A stretch of 64,000 nt of DNA from Octopus vulgaris (GCA_951406725.2 OX597825.1:82646001-82710000); one strand, 5' to 3'. Shown: positions 28,770 through 42,942, numbered from the stretch's first letter. Program-made: numbers and translations. Notes: a model not told the origin generated them from the sequence alone.

Positions 28770-29146
28770 TCTCTCTAGATATATAAAGCTGAAGTTGTCT
28801 GTGTATGGCAAGGTTGGTAGCCTTCAATTAACACCATTTCCTCCGAGACCCTACGGCGTAAGTTGACCAAAATTGAAATTATGATAGAAAACGGCTTGCT
28901 CTTCCTTCAAATCGGACCATGTTCTCACCGACAATTATTTACATCAAAAAGGTGCTTGTTTTCTATGAAAATCCCTATTTTTTACGTTTCTTTGACTGCC
29001 GTGTCGCTATTTTTCGGTGTATTTCAACCAGAAAAATGTTCACCTAAAGAGAATAACAAACTACATAATGCGTCAGTTTTACTTTTCAAAAATTCCAATT
29101 CTAAAGGGTCGAAACAAACCCGAGCAAAGACGGGCGATACTGCTAG
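28770..29146 (+). mobile_element. non-autonomous Helitron, body type 2
   Basis: A|TC start; CCCGAGCAAAGACGGG..CTAG|T end. Confidence 0.8.
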
Positions 29147-30157
29147 TTAAGAATAAAGTTCACTTCTTGCGAAACATTATCGAAAATGATGGTTGAGGGA
29201 GAATTTATAAAAAGAAGAGTCATGGTATTACAAGAATACTAACTAACCAAAGCTGTTAATGATTTAGTATTATATATTTGTTAAATATTTTTAGCTGATT
29301 ATGATATCTATTATATGAAACCAACACATAAATTAATGAATGTCATACTCAAAATTTTGACAACGTACACATATCTCGAATAATATACATTTATACCTGA
29401 GGGATCTGCCATTTCTTTGAATATCTATAAACCATACGATAGGTGCTTAATGAACTGTATGAAGCTACGACAAATCTAATCAAGGAGATATTTTTAATTG
29501 CAAGATATGCCACGGTATATGCTATAATTATCACATAATATAACTACAAGATATTATCGTAAAATAGAAACGAAATGCTCAATTTCCGGCATTAAAAATA
29601 TCAATAGATAAAATTAATAAAGTTCTTAATACAATGGTGCTTTCGGAATGTTCAGATTATATTTTCCGTGACAGAAATATTCTTTACATGTCCAGTAACT
29701 AAACGCTATGCGTTAACTTTTCACAAGATATGAATTTAATTTGTCAATGTTTAAATAAGGAGCAGTTATTAATTACGTTAGTGGCTAACGAAAAAGAATT
29801 AAGATAAAGGAAATCTATGAAGGGTAAAACGATTTCGCTGAAGGAAGTGATTAAATCGTAAGCGCCTCTCACGCGAGTTGGGATAATGACTCTTGAAAAG
29901 GATACTGTACTCTTAAACTGCGAAATATTAAAATATAATATAATATTGTCAAGTAGTTGAATATTGCTGTCATTGAACCTTGCTGTTCACCCCATGTACA
30001 AAATATCTTCTTTATTATGGCATATTCTATAATTGGTTCAGGCAAAAATCTGTGGCCATGCTGCAGTACACCCATATAATCTGAATCACTTTAAGTCAAT
30101 TATGATCTATATGGCAGCATTTCTCTCTTTATCTCTCTCACTATATATGATAGATCG

Positions 30158-30335
30158 TAAGCCACTGGACACATTTTATCTTCTCCCCTTGTTTCTCTCC
30201 TCGTTTCCTTCTGTGTTCCTTTCTGTGGAAGAGCGTAGGCTCGAAACGCAAAAGGCTTTTTCTATTCCTGAGCGTTATACTAATACATCTGCTTGTTTTC
30301 TACACCACATGTCTTCGTCTTTGGTTTTTTTCGTG
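30158..30335 (+). mobile_element. pLTR-like element with hammerhead motif at 30218-30255
   Basis: CCUUU-CUGUGGA-A-GAGC(GUAG)GCUC-GAAACGCA-AAAGG. Confidence 0.65.
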
Positions 30336-30533
30336 AATCAAAACAAGAAAGCACAAAAGAACACAACAACGCGAGGTCGTGGAACAAAGTATTATTGGAC
30401 GCTCAGGAAAGAAGGAAAGAAGGAGGGTTTAACGTTTTGAGCGGAGCTCTTCGTCGGAAGCATAGGAGAAGGAAAGATCCAGAGAAGGGAAGACAGAGGA
30501 AAAAAATCTCCAACGGTACACACGAGGTCACAT
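30336..30533 (-). mobile_element. pLTR-like element with mutated hammerhead at 30427-30461
   Basis: CCGACGA-A-GAGC(UCC)GCUC-AAAACGUU-AAAC; homologous to 31875-32105. Confidence 0.65.
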
Positions 30534-31292
30534 TTTATATATATATATAATATCTATCCCATATCTGTGTGTGTGAGTGTGTGTGTATGTGTATGCATGT
30601 GTTTGTAGTATTACTATTTACAACAGTTTGGTTCGGCCCCATACATCATAAATGATTTGACCAGAACACAACACTACATCATTGCCCTGGTTTCGCAATA
30701 TAAACAGTATAAAAGTATATTTCGAATTTCCTGAATTTCTAAGTGATATTCCTCACAAGTTAATGAAAAACTCTTTATCCGATTGGTCAATCTTCCAGAA
30801 GTAGAATTTCAACGTCGTTCAATACGTAATTGTATGCGGGTGCGTACATATAACTTGGATGAAGAATTCTCCAGATCACACCAGAGCGCTTCAAGATTTG
30901 CCAGAATTTCATAGTAAGTTATTCATCAGTTTGTATTATAAAATTGTGTGCTAGTAGATATTATTATATATATATTTCCCGCTGTATTTGACATTTTGGG
31001 TGCTATTCTATGATATCGCTATGTAAGAATACGAAACATTTCTTTCACTTTGTATAGAGATTAATAACTGCTTCCATTTCTGATTGATACTTTGACTCGC
31101 CTTCGGAATATATGTACAGTATGTTATCAGGTATATGTTAATATATATCCATAAGGAAAATCCAGGTATACATACATGCATGCATGCACGAATTTCCATA
31201 GGTATGTATATCTGCTACAAGCTACAATGAGTATTATGCAATCTATGTACTTTCGTTATAATATATCGTAGTACCTCCGATATGTATGTGTG

Positions 31293-31358
<66 letters not shown>

Positions 31359-31371
31359 TAGATAGATAGAT

Positions 31372-31573
31372 GAGTGGTTGTATACTGTCAATCTAACGTG
31401 AACGTGACAGTAGTGGGTTACACCACCGCTGTTTAGCCCTAGGAAGCATCGGCTGTAACAGCGGTGATGTAACCCCCTACTGTCACGTTCACGTTAGATT
31501 GACAGTATACAACCATTCTATCGCCCCACCACCGGACATATCTCGATGAGAGATTTAGAAATTTAATATTTCT
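31372..31573. repeat. asymmetric foldback element
   Basis: 39-bp perfect arms 31375-31413/31477-31515 extending inward to ~65 bp, plus an unpaired tail ending GAGAGATTTAGAAATTTAATATTTCT. Confidence 0.75.
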
Positions 31574-31656
31574 GTATATATATATACATGTACACAAATA
31601 TATATGTAGATTCATATATACATATATTTACATGCGCGTATATAAATATACGTGAA

Positions 31657-31858
31657 GGTGCGAGCTGGCAGAAACGTTAGCACGCCAGGCGAAATGCTTA
31701 GCGGTATTTCATCTGTCTTTACGTTCTGAGTTCAAATTTCGTTGGTGGTCGACCTTGCCTTTCATCCTTTCGGAGTCGATAAATTAAGTACCAGTCGCGT
31801 ACTGAGGTCAATCTAATCGTCCCCCAACATTTCGGGCCTTGTGGCTAGAGTAGAAAAG
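31657..31858 (+). mobile_element. SINE family A, alternative tail
   Basis: Family A head and core followed by cccccaacatttcgggccttgtggctagagtagaaaag. Confidence 0.8.
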
Positions 31859-31874
31859 TATATATATATATATA

Positions 31875-32105
31875 GTTAATCCAAACAAGAAAACACAAAA
31901 AAAGAAACCACAAAAAAACAAAAAAAAACATAGCAACACGAGGACGTGGAACAAATAAAGTATTATTGGACGCTCAGGAAAGAAGGGAAGAAGGAGGGTT
32001 TAACGTTTCGAGCGGAGCTCTTCGTCGGAAACATAGGAGAAGGAAAGATCCCGAGAAGGGAACACAGAGGAAAATAAAATCGGCAGCGGTACTCACGAGG
32101 TAACA
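31875..32105 (-). mobile_element. pLTR-like element with hammerhead motif at 31998-32032
   Basis: GUUU-CCGACGA-A-GAGC(UCC)GCUC-GAAACGUU-AAAC; 3' end abuts (TA)n. Confidence 0.7.
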
Positions 32106-32935
32106 TGTGTGTGTGTGTGTGTCTGTGTGTGTGTGTACATATAGATATGTATATACATACTTATATACTACATGCATATATACATATACACACATATATA
32201 TACGTGTGTGTGTATGTGTGTGTATGTGTCTGTGTGTCTGCCTGTGTGTACATATAGAAATACATATAGATAGCAGATAATAACGCAGAATTTCTCATTA
32301 GTTACATTCATCAACGGCTGTTTTCAATTTCGTTGCTTTGGTTCATTTCACATCATTGATAAGAAATCCGTATCGTCGTGTGTAAGCGACCAACTCGGCA
32401 TCTTTTGCTGGTTGACGCCATACATTCGGAGTAATCGAACAGTTACCATACAAATATCTACGGCAATAGGAAACATCTTTTGTCAGAAATGCAGCTTCAC
32501 TAATTATACACCATTATCAGAATGGATTTTATTTAATGATATTCAGTGAAAAGCTATTGCCTTGATTAGCTATGACAATGCAAGTATTATCGCATTTGTT
32601 AAACGTATAGAGGAGTATATGGTGCGTGAGCATTCTGCAGACATACGTATATAATATTGCATGTATGTATATAAGCACATGCATAAATATACGCATAAAC
32701 ATGCAGGTTGTACGTGCGCACAATCAGAGATCTTGGTATAATAACGCATCATTTCTTAAGGCAGAAAGATATGTATTTACACAGTTAAACAGCGTCACAT
32801 AAATATACCTGAAACAAAGCTGTCATGGCGTACAGCTATACACACAACGCAAATTTAATTGTGTCTACCTATGTATCTCTATATCTCTCGATCATTCTTT
32901 AGAAGTACGCACACGCGCACATACACACTTATACA

Positions 32936-32969
<34 letters not shown>

Positions 32970-33367
32970 TATCCGTGAGTGGTTAAGGAAATCTCTTACG
33001 ATGTATTTTCGAGTTCAAATCCACTACGCGGCACTGCAGCCAGCTATCTTCTATAATACCTATTGGACACCGCAGCAATTGATCAATTCATAATTCCACT
33101 TATTTAATGGGCAATTACTTCTATTCTTTTATTTGTTTCAGTGATTCGACTGCGGCCATACTGGGGCACTGCCTTGAGTCGAACAAATTGACCCCAGGAC
33201 CTACTACCCTCGTCCTGCAAAGGGTCACCGGAATACGGAGGTGAAGTGAATGTATAAAGAAAAGAATATTTGAAGGCATATTGAATTCCTTCCTCTTTAT
33301 ACCATAATTCAGATGTACTCTAGAATACATCACTGGGAACTAGAAATGTTATATTTCTAAACTTTTA

Positions 33368-33429
33368 AATCATTATCATCATGATTATGAACATGATCGT
33401 GATCATGATCATCATTATCATCATCGTCG

Positions 33430-33486
<57 letters not shown>

Positions 33487-33868
33487 GCGTCGTCGTCGTC
33501 ACCACCACCATCATCAATATCAATATGAGCGTCATCATCATTATCATGATCATCATCAGTATGATCATTATCAGTATCATGTCGTCGTCATTATCATCGT
33601 CGACGTCATCATCATCATCATCGTCAGCATCATTGTCTTCGTCATCATTCTTATCATCTAGGGCATCATCATCATCGTCATCATCCTCATCATCATCATC
33701 AACCATCGATAATATCATCAATATCATCACCGCCTTCACCATCACCACCACCACCACCACCACCACCACCACCACCAACATTATCAGTATGAAAAAATCC
33801 ACCTCCTCACCTTCCTCCATCACATGCTCATCATTATCGTCGCCGTCCTCCGCCTCCTCATCATTGTG
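33368..33868. repeat. compound (CAT)n/(CGT)n/(CAC)n microsatellite
   Basis: Direct reading. Confidence 0.95.
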
Positions 33869-34449
33869 AGCGCCATCCTCTTTAGATTCTTCGCCACCAT
33901 CACTTCAGTTCTTCAATCTACTTATTCATCTTCAGGATATTATCTTCCCTACACTAATATTTTTCTATATTTTTTTGTTATTGTTTTGTTTTAAAAGAAT
34001 TAGTATTTTGTTTATCTCACCAACATATCGCAACTTTCGTAGAATGCTACTTGGATATGTATTGAAGAAGAAAGAGAATCTGTTATACGCAAAGCGCTCG
34101 TCTGGCACCAAATTAAGTCTCTTACCATTTCGTCAGACACCACCTGAGTCACCAGAAAGAATAGAGAAACTTGTCCAATTTAATAATGTAGGTTAAGACC
34201 TACATAAGCATATCAGCTGTAATCTCAGAATGCAGTAAATGTTCCTGATATGCTCTTTCACGATAAATGTCAATGGTTCCTCTCAAGACAGCTGTCGCAG
34301 ACACAGCTCGGCATCAGGAGAGAACGGTCGTATATATAAGCTCTTCACTAAAGCAAATGTAATTGCTAAATATCTCTTGAAAAAATAAAATAAACACGTA
34401 AATGAATAAGTAAAGAAATAAATAAACATTCTTTATAATGGAAATAATA

Positions 34450-34668
34450 TTGGTTTGAAATGTCAGCACAAGGCCAGCAGTTTCGCGGGTGGGGGTTAAG
34501 TCAATAACATAGACCCCAGTCTTAAACTGGTACTTATTTTATCGATCCCCAAAAGGATGAAAAGCAAAGATGAATGATGGGGAAATTTGAACTGAAAACG
34601 TAAAGACGGATGAAGCGCTGCTAAGTATTTCTTCCGGCATTCAAACGCCTCTGTGATCCCGTTGCCTT
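34450..34668 (-). mobile_element. degenerate SINE family A, alternative tail
   Basis: ctggtacttattttatcgatccccaaaaggatgaaa core; aaataatattg repeated on both flanks. Confidence 0.65.
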
Positions 34669-34954
34669 ATATAAAGCAAATAATATTGCCAACAATTTAA
34701 GGAACAATGCAAAGGAAAATCAAAATCGGAATTTTATATTGTAAGTAATACATGGAACATGACGCAACAAATGCAACAAGATTACTATGGACTCATGAAC
34801 GAATATTTTCATTTGAAACTTTCGGTAATCGAGGAGAGCTTATTCGGGTACTGAATATCGGTCCTGCTTTTTTTAACCCAATTTTTAAAATTCAACCAGA
34901 CACACAACTGAAGGAAAGGATAAACTGAGCAGGGAGCCAAAAATATATTACGTA

Positions 34955-35251
34955 GGCATGAAAGGCAAAGTCGACCTCAGCATAATTTGAACTCAGAACG
35001 TAGCGGCAGACGAAATACCTATTTCTTTACTACCCACAAGGGGCTAAACACAGAAAGGACAAACAAGGACAGACAAACGGATGAAGTCGATTATATCGAC
35101 CCCAATGCGTAACTGGTACTTATTTAATCGACCCCGAAAGGATGAAAGGCAAAGTTGACCTCGGCGGAATTTGAACTCAGAACGTAGCGACAGACGAAAT
35201 ACCGCTAATCATATTCGCCTGGCGTGCTAAAGTTTCTGCCAGGTCACCGCC
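34955..35251 (-). mobile_element. SINE family A with partial second unit
   Basis: Same GAAATAGGTATTTCG junction at 35011-35025 (reverse complement). Confidence 0.85.
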
Positions 35252-37216
35252 TTATTCTATTCCCTTGCTGGTGTTACCTTTTCTACTCCTTCTTTGAGTC
35301 AGGATATCTCACGGAACAAGTTTCTTCCACTTCTATGATTCAGGAACTGAAATTTTACGATGGTGCTGAGAGTGGATAATGGTTGAATGCACCGATAAGT
35401 GGTAATTTAGCTCCAGCATGTTGAAAAAAGAAAGCGCGCAGCAGAAAGGCGTGTCGCACGAACGGCTGTCTCCCTTTTTTGTCTTCACTCCCGTCCAGTA
35501 ACCTCAGCATATATTCCAGTCACAACACAATATAATGACAATGATAATAGCTAAAGATTGGAATTGTAATGACAGCTTCGGTACTGGTCATGAGTAATGT
35601 TGATATTCCCTGCAAGAATTCCCCCAACTATTGCCACATTGATGTACATCTGAAATAAATAGATCTCGTTATATAAGCACACTTATTTCTTTTACGTTCG
35701 CAGGAAAGTACCTTTATTTGAAATTATCCGATGTTTGACAATCCAGGCAGAAAAAAAAACACTTTTAGTACCATGCACACCAGCTCAGCTTTGTCAAGGT
35801 AATCGGCTTAAACAATACACTATCGCCTCTTCATTTTACACAACTGTCAAGATTTCTTTCTGACCTATGCTCATTGCTTAGAAGCTGTATTAATTCTATG
35901 AATGCTAAATCTAGTTGTGTGTTTAGTCACGGGAAACAATTCGTCTGCGAAAGACATTAACACTTTCGAATAATCTGATTGACGAATAGGAGATAGGAAT
36001 AAATTCATGTAAGTAATGGTTAAATGTTGGCACTCTTTCGAATAATAGAACCGAACAGTGAGTGAACTGGAGAAGAAACACACACGGACACACACATGCT
36101 AGCACACACACACACACACACACACGGACACACACACACAGACAGACACACACACAGACAGACCCACAGACACACACAACACAGGCACACACACACACAC
36201 AGAGATACACACGCATATACCTGCAGAGACAGACAGACACATGCAGAGATTACAGACACACAAGCTCACGCCTAACAAATCATTGTTATATTTGCTTTTC
36301 ATTAATTTAAACAGCACGAATTGATTTTTGTATATTAGTTTGCCAAGTAATATGACACTTAATGCACACATTTACAAAGCATCGTATGAGATTATAACGA
36401 GCAAATGCACAAACTAACAGAAAACAAGCAGAGTAGAAGACCGTATTATATCTAATTTATATTTTGCACACTCGAGCAGAATAACGTATCCAAAAGCAAA
36501 AACAGAAAAACACAAAACAAACGAAAGTAACACGCTAAAGAAAAACAGACAGAAATCCAAACCTGCCGTAGAGTTTAGAATTATATACGAGAAGAATTAA
36601 ATATATATTGTCGACAGAAAATTACCGGTATTTTCTGTGTCTGTTGCAGCAATTTTCATGATGCTGTATTTGATTATAGTGTTGTCAGCACCGGTTCATA
36701 AAGCGTTAGTTTTGCAGAGTAAGTAGAGAATATTTTCAAGAAAATTTCAACAAAAAAGAAAGAGAATAAGAACTCGTAATTTTGATTTGGAATATAACAT
36801 ATAACGTCTAGCTACATAAGAACCGTTATTATTTGGATTAAATTCACTGTAGTCAAACTTCAGAATTAAATATAGAAAAAATATATACGCTCGTATGAAA
36901 TATTCCACTTGAAACGTTATGTCGGTTAAATACATCTTAAATCTGTGTAAATATTTCATATTTCAGTTATTGGTCTGGATAATATTTCGCTCAGGTTTTC
37001 TACATTTTATTTTTGTTTCAGTTTAGCCAAGCATATCTCCCTTAGTAAATATTTCAGTCAGGAAATTATTTCATCGATATGTATATCTCGAACCAGTAAA
37101 TAAGATCTGTGGCTGAAACGGATGGAAAACGACGCAGGTGGACAGAAACATTCATACACACACATGTACATGCAGGTACATATATACATACATACATGCA
37201 TGCATGCATAAACACA

Positions 37217-37251
<35 letters not shown>

Positions 37252-38294
37252 TCGGATTATTTATGATAATGAAATCGACCAAATTGTGTTTTTTTTTTTT
37301 AAGTCCTTTAATATGTACGTTTCAGATTTACGTCATATACAAAAGGAAATGCATCCATTATATAAAACGTCTTCAGTTAAAGCGCTTTAGAATATAAAAA
37401 ATGGTAGAAATGTTTTAATACGTGTGGTTAGCGCAGTAAGTCGGTTACTAAGTTACGCATATCTCAGTCTGCTACACTTGATCGACATTTTCTTCGATTT
37501 TGCATGCAAAAAAACCCCAACAAAATTCTATTTTCTTTTAATACTATTCATCCGTACATCTTTTCTTGATCTTCCCACTATCTCACTTTACACATTCTTT
37601 TCTTCCTTCCCAAATTTTCTCTCTACCCTCCCTCTCCATATTTCTGTTTCTCTTTCTCTCTATCCCTCTCCTCTTTCACTCCTCCTCTGTATACATATCT
37701 ATCCGCCAAACTTAGTAGCCGATGTACTGCTCTGTAATCTATACACATAGATAACAAATTTAGACCTATATGCGTATGTCTACTAAGCTCTCCCAATAAA
37801 CAGATCACGTAATCACACTATAGCACACTTCATGACGTAAACACTTAATATCACTAAAGGAATACAATATCTTATGGAATAGCAATGAAATTCAAGGATT
37901 ATATAAGGAGGTCTCCCCAATCCCACCGACTAGATTGGCCTAAGCACCACACACATTCCAAACTAATATCAGCGAAGTAATTCTTGATAGAACCATTTTC
38001 AGAATTGCGAGGTAATACAAAATTAGCAAAAAAATGGTAGATATAATTTTTAAAAAATGAGGCGCGTGATAGACAAATATACATTTTCAGAGTTTGACGT
38101 TAAGACTGCGTATCTTTCAAAACTGTATTAGTCTGTAATAAGCGGAATGGTATTTGACGTCAGAAGCTGATCACACACATACACACACACAAACACACAC
38201 ATACACACACAAATACACAAACACACACAAACATCCACACACATATTTATGTTGATATACGTATGTAGGCATGCTCATATGTATATATATATCA

Positions 38295-38329
<35 letters not shown>

Positions 38330-38333
<4 letters not shown>

Positions 38334-38527
38334 AAGCAGCAGAAAATTCAACAAAATGTTATGAGTTTTTGGTATATTTTTGCTAGAATCTAGATTCTAG
38401 CAAAAACTGTCTAACGAAAACTATTTTGTTGAATTTTCTGCTGCTTAAAATAAAGCATATTACTCTACCACTGGTATTTGAGTACTCTTTTTCCACCTTG
38501 TTTCACATTTATGTGTTTACTCCGGTC
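38330..38527. mobile_element. pLTR-like inverted pair (family of 1-215) with hammerhead cores deleted
   Basis: Perfect centre TTTTTGCTAGAATCT|AGATTCTAGCAAAAA; outer arms AAGCAGCAGAAAATTCAACAAAA; (TA)n on both sides. Confidence 0.75.
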
Positions 38528-38588
<61 letters not shown>

Positions 38589-40609
38589 ATGTTTCTGTTT
38601 CTCTGTGTGGTTATGTGTGTATGATGTCCGTGCGTGTGTGGGTAGGTTATTCAATTGACAAGTGCAGGTAATTTATTCCGTTCACATCGTAACTGACTGA
38701 CGTTTCACTGTACATATATAAATGAAATGTGTTTTAGACATGTTACACACAGACAGAATTTTATAATAAAAAAAAAAACATTCTGAATTCCTGCTTAACA
38801 AACAATCCAATAATGTAAATGTGTTCGAAACAGTAGGAAATTATACATATTCATTTAACATCGATTGATATAGCTATCATTTCTCGTCTTATTCATTTAC
38901 AGATGTTAATTAATATTCGATCTATTAGAATTTCTCTCAACAAAGAAACGAATTTAAATTTTCTTACGTTTAGGCTTTTGGAGATACAGTGCTGATTGTT
39001 GAGATGTTCAATATTCTTTTTCCTCATACCTGTTTCAGCAATTTATATTTTAAAATGAAAAGAGTTAGTAAAAAATTGATAGTTGAGGAAGTATAACTTT
39101 AAGTATTACTGTGACATCCATGGGTATACGGGCATTTGATAATACTTCAGGGAGTGACAACCGTGCCCTGTATTGTTACGGGATGCCCTTTGGCAAGGCA
39201 TGGCATCCTCTCAGCCACTACCTGAAATACGGCGAAGTCATGGGATTATAGTATGGTGGATCGTTTAGAGGCAGTAGAAGAGGTCATCTCAGTCTTATAT
39301 TGATACTTAGCGGAGGAATCCTAGAAGGTCAACGGACAATAACTAATGTATGCGTACTGACACAAAGCGTATACAAAACTATACGTTGACAATAAACAGT
39401 AGGCAACAGAATCACTTAATAACCAGTGGATAAATAATGAAAAATATATACATGTAATATATACAATTAATCCATTCTACTTTTGTAATTCTTAGATTTA
39501 AGGTTAATATACATTAAGAACCCCTTTATTATTATTGAACTGTTTTAAAAACATTATTCGTTTATTTGTTCAGCTCCACATAATTTCTCACAGCTCCGTC
39601 TTTCAAAATACTCGAATCACAACATAGTGTGCGGAAACATTGTCTTTATAAGCTGCAGCCTGGTCTAAAATATGGGGAAATAGAAGCGTTTGTTTCTGAA
39701 ACTTAATGAATGGAAATGAAATTGTATATTTAGATAAAAAATTCACGATATTATTGTAAAAGGTGATCTACTGACTTATATTTAATAAACAAATCGCCTG
39801 CGTGATAGTTGATCTCCATGGCGCCATTATTGAGAGATCGTCTTTGATGACCTTTTAAGCATTTGAGGATTTTTCTTTTATATCTCCCTACGAAGAGTGT
39901 GTGCAAATATTAGAAATAATAATGGTAGTTAGTTTCCATATAAAGCCATTGTTTCGGAATTAGGCCTGAGTCCAGTAATGTCAATACCATCGAAAACAAT
40001 GCTTGCTGGTTCTTTATTTTCATGATTCCCAATGTAAGAAAGCAAAGTTAACCCTGGTGGATTTTGATATCGGTTTATAAATAGTCGGTTGACTTATCTC
40101 ATGTATGTATCCCGAGCTTCCAGCTATGCTGTCCGATCTCCGACCTAGGGTTTTATTAAAAAGTAGTTAAAGTTGAATATTATTAATCGTTCAGAGAATC
40201 GTCAGTGATATTTTACAAAATAGCAGGTTTAAGAACATGTAATTCACATCGCCGTTTATTTAGCACAGAAGCAAACATTATGGATACAATATGCCAGCGA
40301 AAATGATGCTAAAGGCAACAAGGCAAATTACAGACAAAATAGAAAGATCTTGGAAAGATGGATTGAGGGACAACATAGAAATTATGTACCAAATAGTTTT
40401 ATTATAATTCAAGATAAGGTGATCAGGTTATAAGGTGATCAGGCAAACTATAAGGAAGAAAAATAGAACATACTACCAATCCTACAATGGGATATCATCA
40501 AACTCTGGCTTGAAAGGTGCGAGAAAGTTGTATTAATGTTTAAAACTAAACATGACTGTAGAAATAGCTAGTGAAGATACAGAAGTTATTGGAAAATATA
40601 TATAAAACA

Positions 40610-41112
40610 GAGATATTATTATTTCTAAGTCTCTCTAACGGAGACTACGCAGCGGTACTGGATATTAATAGTTATCGCCAAGTTAATATGGCAGTCCATA
40701 CATATAGGACGTAAGCTGCCGTTGATAAGATCTAAGAGGCCAACGCCAACGCTTCTAGCTATCTATATGACACACGAACCTGTGTCCATTATAACCTTCG
40801 AACAGAGGGGGGCAGCCGTTTTTGAAAACTAGTGGATGTATTCGACTGAAATTAGGTAAATAGTCCTTCGAACAGACGGTCAGCAGCGACGCCTGCTGGG
40901 TTCGGCTACTCTGCATTGATAAAGGTAAAATACCATGTCTGTAGATGCCTGACCAGCAAGGTGAAGCTGCTGACCCCCCTGTTCGAAGGCTATAATGGAC
41001 ACAGGTTGGTGTGTTATATAGCTAGCTAGAGACGATGGCCTCTTGGAGCTAATCAACGGCAGCTTTAGTCATATATTTAAGGACTGCCATATTAATTTAG
41101 CGATAACAGTTA
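40610..41112. mobile_element. asymmetric foldback element inserted in the Tigger remnant
   Basis: ~145-bp imperfect arms 40669-40816/40969-41109; 12-bp direct repeat ATATATAAAACA at 40598-40609 and 41113-41124. Confidence 0.75.
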
Positions 41113-42189
41113 ATATATAAAACAATTTAGCCGAAATTATTCTAAAGTGTATTTATGAAATACAAGGGTCATTTAATGCTGATGAGACAAGTTTATTTTG
41201 CAGGAGATTGGTTGACAATGCATACGAGGTTAACATACAATATTTCCAGTATAAAACAATTGAGAATGAATCAATATTATTTGTTGGTGGCAAACATTAA
41301 GGTTCACTAATGTTTGTTAATCACTGTTTAAAATCTAGATTTTTAAAATGGAGCTAAAAAACGGTAATATTGAAATGCATTGAAAAGAAATATGTTTTGC
41401 TGTAGGTTTGTTTCGTTTTCTTGTAGTTAAAAAAACTACGTGACAGGAATAATTTATGAGTTAAGCCATTCTTAGTTTTAGATTATGCCTCTGGTTATTA
41501 TAAGGTAATTTTTCTGGAATTAAAGCTGTATTTTTGAATCGAAATAACAGAACATATATTCACTTCATCCTTCAAAGTGTAATAGCAATCTTCAAATTTT
41601 ATTACAAAGTGATAAGTGTTAAGCAGGATTTCTAGGCAAATCAGAAAAATAGGGCTAATTTAAAGAATAAATGCAATTATCTGGAGTACTATTAGTAATA
41701 GCGGAGTCTTTTACGGTGAAGTAATGGAAGCTGTTAAAAATTGTCAAAAGAAAAAAAAAAGAAAACAGAAAAAGAAAAGATAAACCAAGATTCAATAGCA
41801 AATTTGAAATGCTTTGTGGCTACTCCGCACCTGTCACAGAAGAAGATGTTCAGCTTAAAAATCACCTTAATTAATCAAGTCACTACCTGCATGATGTAAT
41901 TACTTCTAATTCAGAGATTAATCAATTTGACTTGCAAGCCTCTACGTTAATGAACTAATTACATCACATTCAGAGTCAAAGATCAACGAAACGTTGATTG
42001 AGACTAAGGAAGGAAAATAAATATGATTATCACTAACATGACATCACTCAGGTCAATCTATTGACAGTGATTTAAATGAATAAAGATCTTGCACGGATTT
42101 AACACTTCTTAAAAATTGTGGGTGATATGCCCCAAACGCAGAAAGAATGTCATAGGTCCGTAATCTATTGATAAAGATTCCAGCCATAA

Positions 42190-42420
42190 GGCGTCGAGCT
42201 GGCAGAACCGTTAGCACGCCGGGCGAAATGCGTTGCCGTATTTCGTCCTCCGTTACGTTCTGAGTTCAAATTCCGCCGAGGTTGACTTTGCCTTTCATCC
42301 TTTCGGGGTCGATAAATTAAGTACCAGATGAATACTGGGGTCGATGTAATCGACTTAATCCGTTTGTCTGTCCTTGTTTGTCCCCTCTGTGTTTAACCCA
42401 TTGTGGGTAATCAAGAAACA
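42190..42420 (+). mobile_element. SINE family A
   Basis: Full head, core and tail; TSD-like aagattccagc/aagattcaagc. Confidence 0.85.
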
Positions 42421-42894
42421 AATCAAGATTCAAGCTAAAATGGACCCCTTCATCAAGATATAAAAATTCTAGGAACGTCTTAATAGTTTTTTAATGAAAA
42501 TTGATAATTAGTCGATATAAAATGCTGTATATATAAATGTATAGTTTTCTTATTTCATAAAAGTTTTTCTCGGAGAGATATATTTTCAAAACGGTTGGAA
42601 TTCCAGAGACGTTTGGGTGGAAATAAAAACTTATACAATTGTATTTATTGTTTATTGCGTGAGAATTCACAAATGATACGATGCAGTACACGGTAAATAT
42701 TTGGAACAGAACTTCTAATATAGATGTATATATATATATGTATATATACATATATATCCTTTGCTCTTTAAATTTTTTAACTAATAGACTGTGGTCATGC
42801 TCGACCACCACATACATTATATATATATATATATAAATATATATATATATATGGAGAGTTTACGAAAAAATCAAAAGACAAAGACAGGTACTGT

Positions 42895-42942
<48 letters not shown>

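Larger units (their letters stand above)
40200..42460 (+). pseudogene. Tigger/pogo DDE transposase pseudogene with nested insertions
   Basis: NLAEIILKCIYEIQGSFNADETSLFCR, LVLDYASGY (LDNAPGH-like), KAVFLNRNNRTYIHFILQSVIAIFKFYY (FLPPNTT..QPMDQGVI-like), KIQAKMDPF. Confidence 0.8.

Noticed and set aside
35260-35660. Minus-strand acceptor followed by an ATG ORF
   Set aside because: Frames stop early; no clear donor or homology
34030-39340. Weak LINE C-terminal-like peptides near 34030-34200 and 39110-39340
   Set aside because: Too degenerate to assign without alignment
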